Shown: piece after piece, positions 1-12,939 of the stretch | Position numbering within the stretch: the stretch's first letter is position 1 | Layout of the letters: each line of letters starts with the position of its first letter | Origin: Ramazzottius varieornatus | Taxonomy: Eukaryota; Animalia; Tardigrada | Reading direction: 5' to 3' | DNA: 64,000 nucleotides | NCBI GenBank assembly: GCA_001949185.1 | Contig: BDGG01000011.1 | Location: 62,001 to 126,000 of the forward strand | Notes under the pieces: model-generated | What the model saw: only the letters and a program-made list of their open reading frames with translations | What the model was told of the DNA's origin: nothing | The model's database searches: none | Program-made: the position numbers and the translations under genes

Positions 1-2277
1 ATGGAAGAGTAGAAGGACATAAATCAACGGAGAAGACCGAAGCGCCATGCTGCATAACACAACATCTCACATGCAATTGAGCGCAATCTTTGCCTTGTAA
101 AGACAAGCTGAAGACCAGTAAATTGATCGTGAGAGCAACGGCAGGAAAAGCGAGTGATGCTCGTATCGTTAGCTGGCCCGACCCGCGACGTACTGCCTTG
201 TCAAGCTGAGAATCCCCCTGTGGTCTCCTTGATATCAAGGAGAAGAAAGAAGGCGGGCAAGCAGAGGGTTCCCTGATTGCGATCTGGCACGAATCGATGG
301 ATCCCAACATCCGTCACTGCACACAAGTGATACGCCAACTCTGATATTATACCCTTGAAAAAGCCATTAATTTGTAATCAACTGCGTAACAATGTGGACA
401 AAGTGGGCAAACGTTGGGAATTGAGCCGTGCTCCCATCTGTGCACACTTGTGAGCCAGATCAAAAAGTCCTCCTTCGTCTTTGCTAAGCGGTTCGCCCAT
501 CAAACCGACTACGAGGTAGAGGACATAACTCTGCCGTACCCGTTTTTGGACCTAATTATGACGGGTTATATTTATGAGCTCTCTGCACTACCTCACTTGG
601 TTTTTCGTTACCCAGGTAGACAAACTTATCTCCCAGAGTTTAAGATGGGTTTCAGGATGCAGAGAAGTTTAGGTCGTTGAAACTTCTCTTGGGAAAATCG
701 GTTCTCTTGGGTCTGTCTAATGTTGAGGGGCCTAAATTTGTATCAACAAGCGTACGATGAGAAATGAATCAAAGCGTCGACGATAAGGTTCAAACGTTTT
801 ACGCCGTCAGAATTACGTCCCAAAAGTTCGTACGGCAGAATTATGCCTTCTACCTCGTACAGCTCTTTGAGATACCCAATGCATCGCGAACTCTGTTTCA
901 GAACCAACTTTTGCTTCTAGATAAATTTTGGAAAACGAAGCGTACGACTTTCGTCAAAAAACTTGTCACTTTTTTGCTTGTGCTCAAATGAGGATGCGGT
1001 ACGAAAAGTTTGGTGCGAGTAGATTAGAGAAAAGTGGAGCGAAATTTCTTTATGCAAATCTGGTCCTTTGGACGAACTGTATAGAAAGTCAGCAAAGAAG
1101 GCACGCGAAGGGCACTTCATTTGTAAATGTGGCGGAATAATTGGGAGCAAGTAGGGCCGGGATGATGGCAGATTAAACAGAGCTCAGACAGGATTTACTG
1201 TGTCAAAGTATTCATTAAAGTCTAGTATGGGATGTCGTCATTACTTGGCGCTGTTCTTCACCACATTCCCACATTTCTCCTCAACAACTTCCTATAAGAA
1301 AACTTGCAAAGACGCTGGAAAATCCTCCATCTCATCATCGTGTTCGCAACCCGTTATTAACAGTGCGAAGTGTGAAGGACAGAAAAGCCAAAGGCCGGAA
1401 AACCCAGGAAGACATAATAAAGCAGCTATCTGCGATCGTCAGGCGCACTTCCTTTCACACTTCCGGCTGAGCAAACGCCACATCGCTCTTCTCATTCAAT
1501 ATCAATCGGCTGCTCTTTTGAAGTCGCCATATGCTTACTTATGTACAAAGGAAAACCAAACGACGCTTTGATCGAGTCGAAGACAGTTGCCACAGTGCAG
1601 GCACAAGTAGTGGCACTGGGTTCGTCACATTCCACTCTCTCGACCCACGATTGTCAGTCAGCATGGACAGATGAGAAATTCTTTCAAAACGATTTCCACA
1701 TATCCGGCTGAATTAAAGCGAGTACTCGCTATCTGCATTTTGGTTCGCAAGAAAAGTGGAAATTTTATCAATCAAACTCTGTAGGGAAAACGTTCCGACA
1801 GATTGCTGACGTGTTGGCCAAACCTTGCTAGGGCACTTTCGAGCAGTTATCGATGTGTCAAAAAACGACCTTCAAATGCCAGTGTTAAAATTGTATATTT
1901 AAATCCAATGTACTAACTCGAAAATCCAGATTCATCAGATATTCGAATGATCAACTACTACGAGTAATGCTGAAAAAAATTAATACCAGCTCAAACGTCC
2001 CGCAATGGCTTTGTCCCATTAGGAAATGTAGAAATGAAAACCATTAAATACTTTCAAAAATTGTAGTGGACTTTTAAAAAAGCAGTAAAATCAGAGAAAC
2101 AATACAAAAAGAAGCGACGGGTCTTTGACCATGGTACCACCCAAACCGGAACGGTTCTATGAATCCAGATGGCGCCGTCCAGTCCTCTCAACGAGAAGCT
2201 AGCACGGCAAATCCCCAATATTTACAGCAGAGACTAACTGCGCTAGAGGCGCTGGTAAGCATCAGACACGTACCATG

Positions 2278-2708
2278 TTAAGCACCAGGAGTTTTCAGAA
2301 GCAGTCCATAGAGCGCACCGGAAGCCAGGATGAATACACCCAACACGCTCGCGACGGTCATCCAGCTTTCCTGCAAAACACCAGCGTGTGGACTGTGAAA
2401 CGGTAATAATATATTCCGAATTCCGAAGCGACATGATCACTGCTTAAGCAGCGAGCGTTGCTTCCAGCTTGTCGCAGTTTCCGGTCGTACAGGTACCTTG
2501 ACGGAGCTGGAAAAATTTCTGTGCTTGTCCGTCGTCCTCTTCTGGATCTTGATGTCTTTTTGCGCAGACTTCTTGTCGTGGTTTCCTGCAATAGACAGAT
2601 ATACGAAGTAATCACACAAAAGAGAACCAGAGAAACGTTCCACAGACCGATCTTTCGTCGATAGTTGTCAACGGGAGTCGCTTTCAGATTCCTTGCGTCC
2701 CGTACCAT
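2278..2708 (-). CDS. TRIQK: Triple QxxK/R motif-containing small membrane protein (3 exons: 2708-2648, 2585-2497, 2370-2278)
   Basis: Manual splicing over GT-AG introns gives MVRDARNLKATPVDNYRRKIGNHDKKSAQKDIKIQKRTTDKHRNFSSSVKESWMTVASVLGVFILASGALYGLLLKTPGA*. This matches the TRIQK pattern PVDxYRxxIG + basic region + C-terminal TM helix. Confidence 0.8.
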
Positions 2709-3297
2709 GGTGAACCGTGCTTCAGCAGCGCCTAAGTGCGGTCGCTTAATCCAGCGGCATCCCGAAGAATATACGTCGCAGACTACCAAATCCACCACGG
2801 AAAGACAAACAAAGAACATTCAAACTTCATCATTTTGCCACGTAGAAAACCACAACAAAGTGGACAAACCTCCAACCGGAAGTCAGTCCAGGGACGAGTC
2901 AATCAACACTAGCCAATCAATAGTCAGATGAGGTAAGTTAGCTTCTGCCTTTCGGAGACCCTCCAACCCCCCAAAACGCACCAGTTTACACGCGCTCGAC
3001 CGAGATGTCGCGCCGAAGCAGCAAACGGTGAAAAGAGTCGAGTGGGATCTTCGCACGCCACCTCCACGGAGAGTAGGACCAGCAGGAACCTTAGTGTATG
3101 GCCTGAGCACTGTGCACGTGCGAACAGCTGATCGGTTAACTTATGCGGTTTTCCGTTGTTGATTGATTTATTAGCACAATTCCGTCAGCAACCTTCTCCA
3201 GTTTTCTCCTTAGTTTTAGGCTTTTAGCATTTCCCCGTGCACTGATCCATCTGAGAGGAGAGCTCAGCAGCAAGATCCACTGGTTGCAGTCCGAAGA

Positions 3298-4636
3298 ATG
3301 GACCACAAGGAGGAGCAACAGATGGAAGTAGAGACGCTTCTGTCAATATACCCAGACGAAATGACCAGTAAGTCTGTTCATGCTCTTCTGCCCGTCTTAT
3401 ATGGTAGCCATCCATGTACGATTTTGTGCAGTGCTGACGGCTGAGAATTCTGATCCTGACTTTGGAGACGCCGGAGTAGCCGCGGACGATACAAGAACAC
3501 AGTTTACCCTGCAGATTTCCTCGTCCGAAGCCGCCTTCAGCAGTACAGGTTAGTTTGAAGTTTGTAGTGGGCTCTCCGTTTGATCATTGATTTGGTTATT
3601 TTACTATTTATTTTTACAGGTGCTGACCGGTTAGCGACGGAATGGAAATTCGTCTTCCCACCTACCTATCCCGAGGTCCCACTAGAAGCAGAAATGTTAG
3701 ACCCAGGAGAAGTACCTGCAAACATCGCTTCGAAGTTGGAAAAAGTGGCGTTGTCGACCGTGAGTTTAACATTCAATAATCTCACTTCTTGTCATTTCGT
3801 CAGTCATTTTTGAACTCTGCCTCGCTGTACGTATTTGACTGTTTGTGACCAAATTTCGTTTTGAACTTTTGCCTTTTGCGAAAAATAATAAAGAAATTCT
3901 TTTCCCTGTTTCATTTTCCCACTGACGAAAATATATCGGTAACAAATGTTCACAGGCAAGAGAAAATGTTGGGATGGCGGCGGTTTTCACAGTGGTCTCG
4001 GCTGTACAAGACGAGCTGAACAGACATTCGGAAGAGTGCTTGAACCGGATAAAAGAGATGGAAGAAAGAGCGAAACGAGAGGAAGAAGAATCTGATCGGG
4101 TAAGATATGCCCAGTTTGAGTTCTTGTGACACACAGATGGATAGTTCAATAGTCAACGAACGAAGTGATTCTAGAAAAAGATGGAAGGTACAAGGGTAAC
4201 AGTAGAAAGCTTTATCGCATGGAAAGCTAAATTTGACGCGGAAAGACTGAAAAAGGCGAATAAGCCGGTCCTTGCTGATGTCACGCAGAAACGTCTAACA
4301 GGTAAAATCTGAACTCTATCTTTGCTTTGGTTACTAAATTTCTGCATTTCTCCTAGGCTAACTGGATTTCTTTGTAATTTTAGGAAGGCAAATGTTTGAG
4401 CAGAATAAAATGTTGGACGATTCGGACGCTATCTTGATGGAAGAAGGTATACCACAAATAAGAGTTTCGATCGAGAAAATTCTACCTCAGGTGAATTTTT
4501 CTCATCATGGCTGTGTTTTCTTGCAGGTGAAGAAGCAGTGGACATCGACGATAGAGAAGGTTTGGATGAAGATTTTGATCATGAGTTATTTGAGCAAGAA
4601 TTACTAAATGAGGAAGGCGGCGGTGACTCAGATTGA
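3298..4636 (+). CDS. RWDD1: RWD domain-containing protein 1 (DFRP2/Gir2 family), about 7 exons
   Basis: N-terminus MDHKEEQQMEVETLLSIYPDE; RWD motif FPPTYPEVPL; ENVGMAAVFTVV; C-terminal GTRVTVESFIAWKAKFDAE...LTGRQMFEQ and acidic tail. Canonical splice sites. Confidence 0.92.
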
Positions 4637-5344
4637 GCCAACTAAAATATAGATTGTTTTCTAAACTGTTTTATTCCATATTTTATGTTTTTTTTGCTGT
4701 ACGGGGACTACCGTCCACAAAATGTTTCGCTTCAATCATAGTTCTCGTCATAAAACCGCGAGTTGTTATGATGTCATCCAAATCACGAGCGAGGTCCACG
4801 AAGACTAAATTCGGTGAATGAGAACTCTACGTTATAAGCAAGAATTTACAACGGATTTATCGATAAGTTTCCACGCATCGATCTTTTCGATGCGTTTTAA
4901 ACCTTGCCTGGTCCAGTGTGGGTACAGGTGAAGGGAATAGTCCGGGTATAATCGTGATCACGGCGCGCAGGACTATCGATTGCTCGCCATACCAAGAGTC
5001 GTACGTTATAACGCCAAGGTGTCCAATGAGTTCAATCCCGAATCGCTCCTCGCTTTTCTCGTCGAACGAACCTTCTGTCTAGTTCAACTGTTTTTTGCAA
5101 CCTTGTTCCCATGGTCATTTTCCCCTTTTCGGCATCGTTCTCCTTGGGAAGAAAAACAGTTTGCGGTAACAAATCAGTCAGGCAAGATTACGTATTTCGC
5201 AGTCTTCGCATTTGCGGACCCGCTTAACCACGTGCTCTACCCGTAGTCCAACCACAAACCTGCTGTGTTGTAAGAGCGAAACCAGGCACTGCACAGTTTT
5301 GGTAGCGGTCGAGTCTGGTTGTCGGACAGAACCGCAAGCGGGAA

Positions 5345-8300
5345 ATGTCGGTATGGAAAGCGCGCGAACTGTGGGATGCTCCGTCTGCTCAAGACAGCTT
5401 TGCAGCGAACGATCCATCGCTTCTTCCGGACCTGGACGTTTCGCTCAGCATTCAGTGTTCGCGGGGATGTTTGTGCATTGTCCGGATACCTGAAAGACCA
5501 GGTACACTCACAACACGTTCAGCCATGTCATTTTGCGAGAAACTTCCGTGCCCTTGTTGTGATTTCGCTTGCAAGCACTAGTATTTTATAGTTCTGTTGA
5601 TTATTTCTGACACAAAAATTGATTTTCATAACCAGCTCGTATAATTTTGCTCCCCATACCGCATATGAGATCGTAAAAGAGCGTGTTAATTTAAGGGTCC
5701 GACATCCTTATCGTGGGAACATGGAGTGGATCAATAAGCGGTTTCTGTCCGGAGCAAACGCCATACAGTCCGGAGCATGTGCTCTTCGAAAAGACTTTGG
5801 ACAGTCCGGTTCTGCAAATCGAAACCGGTAGTTTCATCCTGTAAGTGTCGAGATGTACTGAACCAAAACAGGAGCAAAAAGAAATCAACATTGCCGAGTT
5901 TTCAGTCGCTAGAATTTCGGTTTTGTTCCCATCGGTATCTACGATGAAAGATTTTTCTTTTTTGAAGTCAAGGTACTGACGATCATCTATGGTTAAATTT
6001 TTGATTTTTTTACAGTGGCGCTGGATCAGCTGGGTTCCAGCTTGCCGTCCTACACCCTGACAAACTGAGCATTTGCTACTTTACCAGCCAGGCTTCCGAA
6101 GAGAACAGTCCTGGTCTGGTTGTCCTTCGAGCTTACAAGCTCAAGTGTGCGGCGTACTCTTTGGTCACTGGCTCCTTTAGCGGCGTGAAAGGTGCGTCCG
6201 TAATCTTCTCTTCCCTCTTCACTCCATCCATCATATTTCCCGGACTTGACATATCATGTGAATTCGTGTGTTTATAGGAAGGCAGATGTTGTGTGTGGTA
6301 ATGATGGACGGTACCTTCACCCTGATCGACCAGGAGACTGTGATGGAGACTCCTCCGTTGGAGGACTTCTTACTTCCTGGTCCAGTATGCTATCTGCCAG
6401 GTCGAGACTGTTTCGTGGTGGGCGCTTCGAACTGGACAGCCGAGTGTTACACATACAGCGAGCTAGCTTCCAAAGCAGGACTGATATCGTCGAAACCCAA
6501 CCAGGAAGTGAAGATGCGTAAGACGTGGGCATACAACTGTGGAGAAGCGCTGCTGGACATCAAGTGCGGGGCGGATGTGTCCAAAGCGCCACTTCTCCTT
6601 CTCGGTATCAAACAATCCTACAACCAACTATTATATAGTATTCTTAGTCTCGTACCAGCGATTTCATCTGTTTAGGAGAGAGACATATTTTCTGGCTGGA
6701 TATCAACGGTGCCATGCGTTCGATACGACGGTTGGATTGCCAAGCGAGCTTCCTTACCATTTACCCGTCAGGTCTGAAAATTTTTCTGTCCTATTCGCTG
6801 CGACTTCTGTCAAAGCTTACGGTGTGGTTTCCTGTAACAGTGAAGGATGGAGTGTTCAACTTTATACTTGGAACTACAACACAGACATTATTGGTGTACG
6901 AGGAACTGGTACCGAAATGGACCGCGCAGTTACCCATGCCCGTTGTCGACATCCGAGTGGCCAGAATAGCGTCAGTGAAATTTCGTTCTGTTAGGAAGGT
7001 CTTTGTGAACTTTATCGACGAATGTGCTTTTCAGTTCCGGCGACGGTGTATTGATAGCCTTGGCTGAAGATGGTCGCCTCACCGCACTTTACCTCGGTAC
7101 AGACCCAGAAGTCTATGAGACGAAAAACGCAGGGACGACGCGCCAGTTCAATGCGGAAGAGATCAAGATTGAAACGAACCGTCTGTCGGAGATGATCCGC
7201 CTAGCTGAGGGCGGTACGTCCGAAGAACAGATGCAGGCTTCGAGCAAGCCTGAGGTCCCCGAAGCTAACGTGCTCGTGATATCGGTGGCGGCTTTTACGG
7301 AAGTGGCGTTCGCCTTGGACGTCAAGTCGGGAAACGGCCAGCGGGTCCCGGCGAGTCGGAGCCACGTGACTGTTCAGGCAGCTGGAGGGGATGGGCGAGA
7401 CATAACGGATGTGGAGGTGACGGTGCAGATGGAGGAACCGTTTTATGCCATGCCGGCTTCGTTTAGCAGTCTGTCACTCGGTAGGTATTGTGTTTGTACA
7501 GTAAAATCTGACTGGTAACGTAAGTTTTTTTTGCGAAGAGAACGTAGAAAATCGTCGCTCGTTCTCGCGCCATTACACGCCGACATCTTTAGTGACAGTA
7601 GCTTGATGTGGTATAGCGCATTAGATGCTGAAGGTGTTTTGGTCAATCCTTTTGTTTTCAGGAAAGCCTTTTGTCTCGAAGTTGACAGTCCAGAACTCCC
7701 TGCAGTGTTCGCCGAGAAACTTGTCCGGGACGTTGTTCGTCAGTTTCAGGCAATCCGGTACCGTGAGCAATTCCGTATGAACTTTTAAGTGGTCCAGATA
7801 GCAGTTGTTCTGTGAGTGCGATGGTTTCAGGTGGCCAAAGAATGCAGAAGGAAGTATTCAACTTGCCGTTTGCCATAGTTGCCCAGGCGGCACCACTGTC
7901 AAAGAAGGCAGCCATCAAGCTTGACTTCGATATCGCTCCTACACCATTGAAAATTCCAGATGCTTTTCCCGGTAGGTATTGGGTCTTGTACAGGTGCCGT
8001 ACTTTCCTGTTTTCCACAAAGCAAACGCTGTATGAGCTCGCTAGCCTTTTCTAGATTTCGGACTGCAGCAGGACGAATCGGGCATCACGTTCGATTTTTA
8101 CGGCGCCGGGCTGGCTTCGCTCCTCATTTCCAAAAAGCAAGAAAGTACGCCAGGCTTGTCAGATTAGTTTTCGGGCAGAGCAATTCACGAACTGCGAAGC
8201 TGATTTGTCTTGCAGCAAAAACGCGAATTCAAAGTGACGACCCAAGCCTACTGCTGGTTCTTTGTCAAGAAGTACAGCGTCGAATGAGCTTCGTGGCCGC

Positions 8301-9310
8301 TGGAAGCACCGTCTGCTGTGCTTCAACCTTTCCGATCGATGAGTTTACCGCTGTTTCACAAAACAAACTCAACGTAAATATTGACGAAGAAGCACTACAG
8401 TTTCTTTCCAGTTGCTGTTGTTTGTCTTCATTGAAACTCAGTGTATTCTAGCTGAAGAAGTCGTACGAGGCACTGATAACAGATCTGGATTTATGGACCC
8501 AACAGCTCTTTTTGGTGGAGAAGCGCTTCTTGGCTCGACTGAAAGACCGAGACGTGCAGATTGTTAGCAAACTGGAGGAGCTCCTCGAATTTACCCAAGA
8601 GAAGGTCCGTCTTTTGCCTGTCTCGAAGTTGGATTTACCCTGTGGCTTCAACGGGTATTTATGCTCTATCAGATTATTGGTGTGGTTGAGGAGCTCGAAA
8701 GAACCAAGGGTGAACTGGAGGTCGCCAAAAGAGCAGTTGCGTCGGTGGTGGCACTCATGCACTGGCTCGTAGCTCTGAACAACAGGACGCTTCCAGCGGA
8801 CCAGATCCAACTGTTGCAGCTTGTAGTCCATGCTGGCATGGAAGAAACATTCGACGAGGTGAGCAATCTGGTTACTTTCGCAAAAGTAATATGATACTGT
8901 AACGTGCGAAAGCGAAGTTGCACAGAGTTGATGTAATCGATCAGCAGAACACTGTAGAAAGTTTCCTGGCGCATATATCGCAGGATTTGCATAGGAAAAT
9001 ATTTTACAAACTAAAATGCTGATTTCATGGTCAGACCAGTGCGGGATATTTTTTCCGGAGTGGGGATCTCTGACGCGTCCACGTAGTACATGCTGTTTTT
9101 ATTGCTGTTTTTCAGACGTGGGAAGCTCAAAGCTCGGCCGCAGCGAAATACTACGGGTTGAAACGTGTGGCAACCGATAACATGTCGTCGGGAACCTTTT
9201 ATCATACCGAACTGGCCGATCCTTCGAATTTGCTCAAAAGGGCTTACCTTAATCAATTGAACGTGGGCGAGACGAAAGAGTTGCGCAAAGAGACCCGCTT
9301 TACCGAATAG
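5345..9310 (+). CDS. BBS9: Bardet-Biedl syndrome 9 / PTHB1 BBSome subunit, multi-exon
   Basis: Exons encode MSVWKARELW (cf. MSLFKARDWW), DILIVGTWSG, PVLQIETGSF, QLAVLHPDKL, TGSFSGVKGRQMLCVVMMDG, FLLPGPVCY, WAYNCGE, PKWTAQL, LYLGTDP, RIQSDD and VEKRFLARLKD. Last exon ends ...KETRFTE* at 9310. Confidence 0.93.
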
Positions 9311-9840
9311 TATATTTTCTTCATTGTTGCTGGTTACTTCAGGTGTCTTCTTGTTCAATTGATAACGATACATCTCTTCTTATTCAGAGCCCTGCTCTCA
9401 ACGAAAAGAGCACTCCTGGCCCGACAAGTACAGTACCACTCGTCCTGAAATAATAGTTTTCTAATGTGTTAGGCACACTGACAAGGCTAAATAAACCGAA
9501 ATAGTTTTTGACATGATCGCAGAACGCAACGAGCCATAATTCTATTGTTCAGAAGTCCATCAGGTTTTTCACGTAGAAGAAGGGGCTTCAATAGAACATT
9601 GATACGTAATGTACCCGTAAGAAGTTTTGTATATCCTTTCGTTTCCTTGCTCGACGAGCGAAACGTTATTTGTTACACCGCGCAAGATGGAGTAACTGCG
9701 GTATAATCCAGAGTACAGTCATTGTACGGTGAAATGCGAATGAGGAATTGCCCGTTGAAAGAGAAACGTTTTATATCGAGATGATGTTGCTCGAATCACG
9801 TGACAGAAAAGTTTTTTCGATGACGTTGACACCAGCAAGA

Positions 9841-10092
9841 ATGTGGCTGGCCATGAAAAGTTACCCCTGGGGATGACTTTTGATGGTGATTGGGTATGGG
9901 AAGTTTTTCGAGCACGTGAGAGCTACAGCTCGTTCCCTATGGGAGCTAGGACCGTGGTCCTTATACTTGTCCGGTTACCTGTGCTGCGTTCTGTCCTGCA
10001 CCAGTGCCAATCAAAAGCGGCTGCGAACCCGATCCCAATGACATTGCGGAAAGATGTCTACAGTATGTGCACAGGGTGCTCCACCTACTAGA
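9841..10092 (+). pseudogene. Probable relic of a small secreted Cys-rich protein related to the genes at 11467 and 14608
   Basis: Signal-like start MWLAMKSYPWG*LLMVIG... has an in-frame stop. Downstream: PYTCPVTCAAFCPAPVPIKSGCEPDPNDIAERCL[1-nt deletion]VCAQGAPPTR, resembling CLTVCDQPVPRLTR at the end of the 11467 ORF. Confidence 0.35.
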
Positions 10093-11466
10093 CGCACGAA
10101 CAATCTCGATGAAAATGCGAACCTGTTAGCCTGTGGCGTACTATACCGGAATATCGTTTGGACAAAATATCAACTGACACTTTAGCTAACTTCGAATATC
10201 AACTAACCACAATAGTAACTTTTCAGGATGTCGTTTTGCACACTGATGGACTAACTATAATATTAACCGACCAATATATCGCTCGATCAAGTGCATGATA
10301 ACTCTCGACGGCTTTTGCAAACAACTTCGAATATCTTTCAAATGAACTTCAGTTTCGAATGGCGTGGTTCAAAAGCGTCACGGTTGGTTAAACTTATCCG
10401 AAGTCACGGATAGGGCGCAGTAACTAGCCGGCATTGTGCGCAATCGGGATGTGATATTCGCATCAATTATCCACGTGGCTAGAGTTTTCGTCCCGCGACA
10501 TTCGTAGTCGGCATTGTGGTCAAACGATGTTTTGAGCAGGTACGAACCTGCGGTACCAGATGGCTGGTCCGCTCTAATTTCGGAATCTAATTGAACCATG
10601 GCGGATGTGCAAATTCTTTTTGTATTTATTGGCTTTTGTATCATAATACGCTATTCAAAATGGGATCCTTCAAGCACTTGAACACAGTTACTTATAAAGA
10701 AAGATGCAATCGTGGTGGAAAAATCGGGCTAGTTTCGTGGTAACAATCAAGCGATGAATAATTTTGTGGTTTTTACTCTGGTTCCGGTTACGTTTCTGAC
10801 ACGACGAACCCGTGGCTGACGTGACGTGTAGTACCTGCTTCTGACAGGCACTTTTGAAGGGACGAGAATCCAATAGCGTGTGTTAAACAGATCTGATGGA
10901 TATCTCGACAAAACCAAGAAACTGCGACACATCGTCTGTTCAGCGCTCAACTGCCGAGTAATTGACGATCGTATTTATCTGGGTAACTGAGCTTGGAAGT
11001 CATTAACGACGACTTGATCACTATGTGGTTCGAACACGCCGCGCGTGAGGTTGCTTTGGTTATTGTTTTATTACACTGACCCACTTCACCAGCCGCGGCT
11101 GCGTCACTGGATGAATTATTCCTCGCAATCTTTGAATATTCGAGAGGCGAGTTCGACTGAATTCAGCCTTGTGACGTATTCTGTAACCAAAACTGAAAAT
11201 TAATTAGTAAACTTTAATGTCAGAAGCCGCTCTCAAGATTGTCCGAAAGCTCGCGGTAAGCACACTGCATCACCACCAATGAAAACGTAAATCATAAAAT
11301 ATGCGTGTATACCCGCCGTCTGTTAACGAGCGCGCCTAGCTCGCCAAGAATCTGTTCGCTCTGACTAACTAATTACCCCAATTTAAATCAGCAAAAAGCT
11401 GTCTCCAGTAGAGAACTTTCTCTTCATTTCAAATTTTTCGTTCCGGACAGTTACCATTTTCTCAGG

Positions 11467-12939
11467 ATGTACACCAAACTGTTGGTGGGTGTTCTGGCGG
11501 TTTTATCCTCCGTATGTGCTGAAGATAGCCACAGGTATGGCCTTTACGATCCTTACGCGTCAGCTCCCTACATGAATAACTACCCCTCGTCGGTACCCTC
11601 TCCGTACGGTAACAGCTACTCGACACCGGCTCCTGTACCATACGGTAATAATTATGGATCACCATCCCCACCATCCTATGGAGGAGACTATGCGACTCCA
11701 GCTCCATATTCAAACAGTTACTCTATCGCAACCCCAGCGCCATATGGAGGCATTTACTCGGCTCCGGGACCTGCACCCTACAGGGAGAAGTATCCTTCAC
11801 CAAGCCCGCCTTCCTACGAAAGTAGTAGCTATTCGGCCCCGTCTCCTTCACCATATGGAGACAGCTATTCCGCACCCACTCCGGCCCCTTACGCCAATAT
11901 CTATAGTGCGGCGACACCGGCACCGTACGATGGCAGTTACCCTACAGCAAAACCTGCTCCATACGGACATAGCTACCGTGCACCGGCTCCTGCAGCTGTG
12001 GAATATGAAGACGGATATCCTTCTCCGACTCCTGCGCCTTCCGGTACTGGCTATGCTTCGCCAACACCCGCTCCATACAGAGATAGCTATGTTGCACTAG
12101 CTCCCGTGAAACACGATGCTGGCTATCCCGTAGCGACACCCGCTCCATATGGTAACAGTTACGCTGCACCGGAATCCTCTCTGTACGATAATATGAAGTA
12201 CCCATCACCAAGTCCGCCTTCGTACGGTATCTACCCGGCTTTGTCACCTGCACCATATGGAGACACCTATAGTGGCGATAGTTACGCTACGCCAGCACCT
12301 GCCAAATACGGTGGTTCTTACGGGAGCAGTTACACCTCACCAACTCCGGCTCCTTACGAGAACAGCTATGCCTCTCCAACACCAGCACCATATGGTTCGG
12401 CTTACGGCCCGAAAACCGAAAATGAGTACGGTAACAACTACTCATCTCCCACCCCAGCTCCTGGGCCATATGGTAACAGTTACTCCCCACCCAGCCATGC
12501 CATATATGGTAACAGTTACGCCTCTTCGGCACCGGCTCCGTACGGATCCAGCTACGATTCATACAACACGAAGGGTTACGCCGACAACTACGCAGCCCCA
12601 GCACCTGCGACGTACGGACAAAAGTCCAATGATTACGGATCAGGATATCAAGACACGGGATACAGCAAAAAGAATTACTACATGGCATCAGCTCCTTCGC
12701 CGGTGCCGTACGGTGAAACCTCCAACTATAGATCGAGCTCTTATAGTGGCGATAGATACGGTAACAGCTACGCAAACTTCCCTTCCATTATCACCATGAT
12801 GGTGGTACCGAAACTGCCCACCTGTTCCGGCACCGCTCCCATCGGCTGTCGGTTCCAACCCCTGATTGATCCGATCAGGCGAGCCCTTCTTCACTGCCTG
12901 ACAGTGTGTGATCAGCCGGTTCCGCGATTGACTAGATAA
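11467..12939 (+). CDS. Secreted Tyr/Pro/Ser/Ala-rich repetitive protein (cuticle/eggshell-like) with a C-terminal Cys4 module
   Basis: 490-aa intronless ORF with signal peptide MYTKLLVGVLAVLSSVCA. Many degenerate Y-x-(S/A)P(T/S)PAPYG-x-SY repeats; C-terminal TCSGTAPIGCRFQPLIDPIRRALLHCLTVCDQPV; AATAAA at 13018 and 13031. Confidence 0.88.
   Translation: MYTKLLVGVLAVLSSVCAEDSHRYGLYDPYASAPYMNNYPSSVPSPYGNSYSTPAPVPYGNNYGSPSPPSYGGDYATPAPYSNSYSIATPAPYGGIYSAPGPAPYREKYPSPSPPSYESSSYSAPSPSPYGDSYSAPTPAPYANIYSAATPAPYDGSYPTAKPAPYGHSYRAPAPAAVEYEDGYPSPTPAPSGTGYASPTPAPYRDSYVALAPVKHDAGYPVATPAPYGNSYAAPESSLYDNMKYPSPSPPSYGIYPALSPAPYGDTYSGDSYATPAPAKYGGSYGSSYTSPTPAPYENSYASPTPAPYGSAYGPKTENEYGNNYSSPTPAPGPYGNSYSPPSHAIYGNSYASSAPAPYGSSYDSYNTKGYADNYAAPAPATYGQKSNDYGSGYQDTGYSKKNYYMASAPSPVPYGETSNYRSSSYSGDRYGNSYANFPSIITMMVVPKLPTCSGTAPIGCRFQPLIDPIRRALLHCLTVCDQPVPRLTR

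Noticed and set aside
1-48. Possible signal-peptide start MALRSSPLIYVLLLFH on the minus strand, running off the window
   Set aside because: Only 16 codons are visible; cannot be distinguished from chance.
11654-12799. Long alternative-frame and antisense ORFs over the Tyr/Pro-rich gene
   Set aside because: Shadow ORFs caused by the biased codon content of the real ORF.
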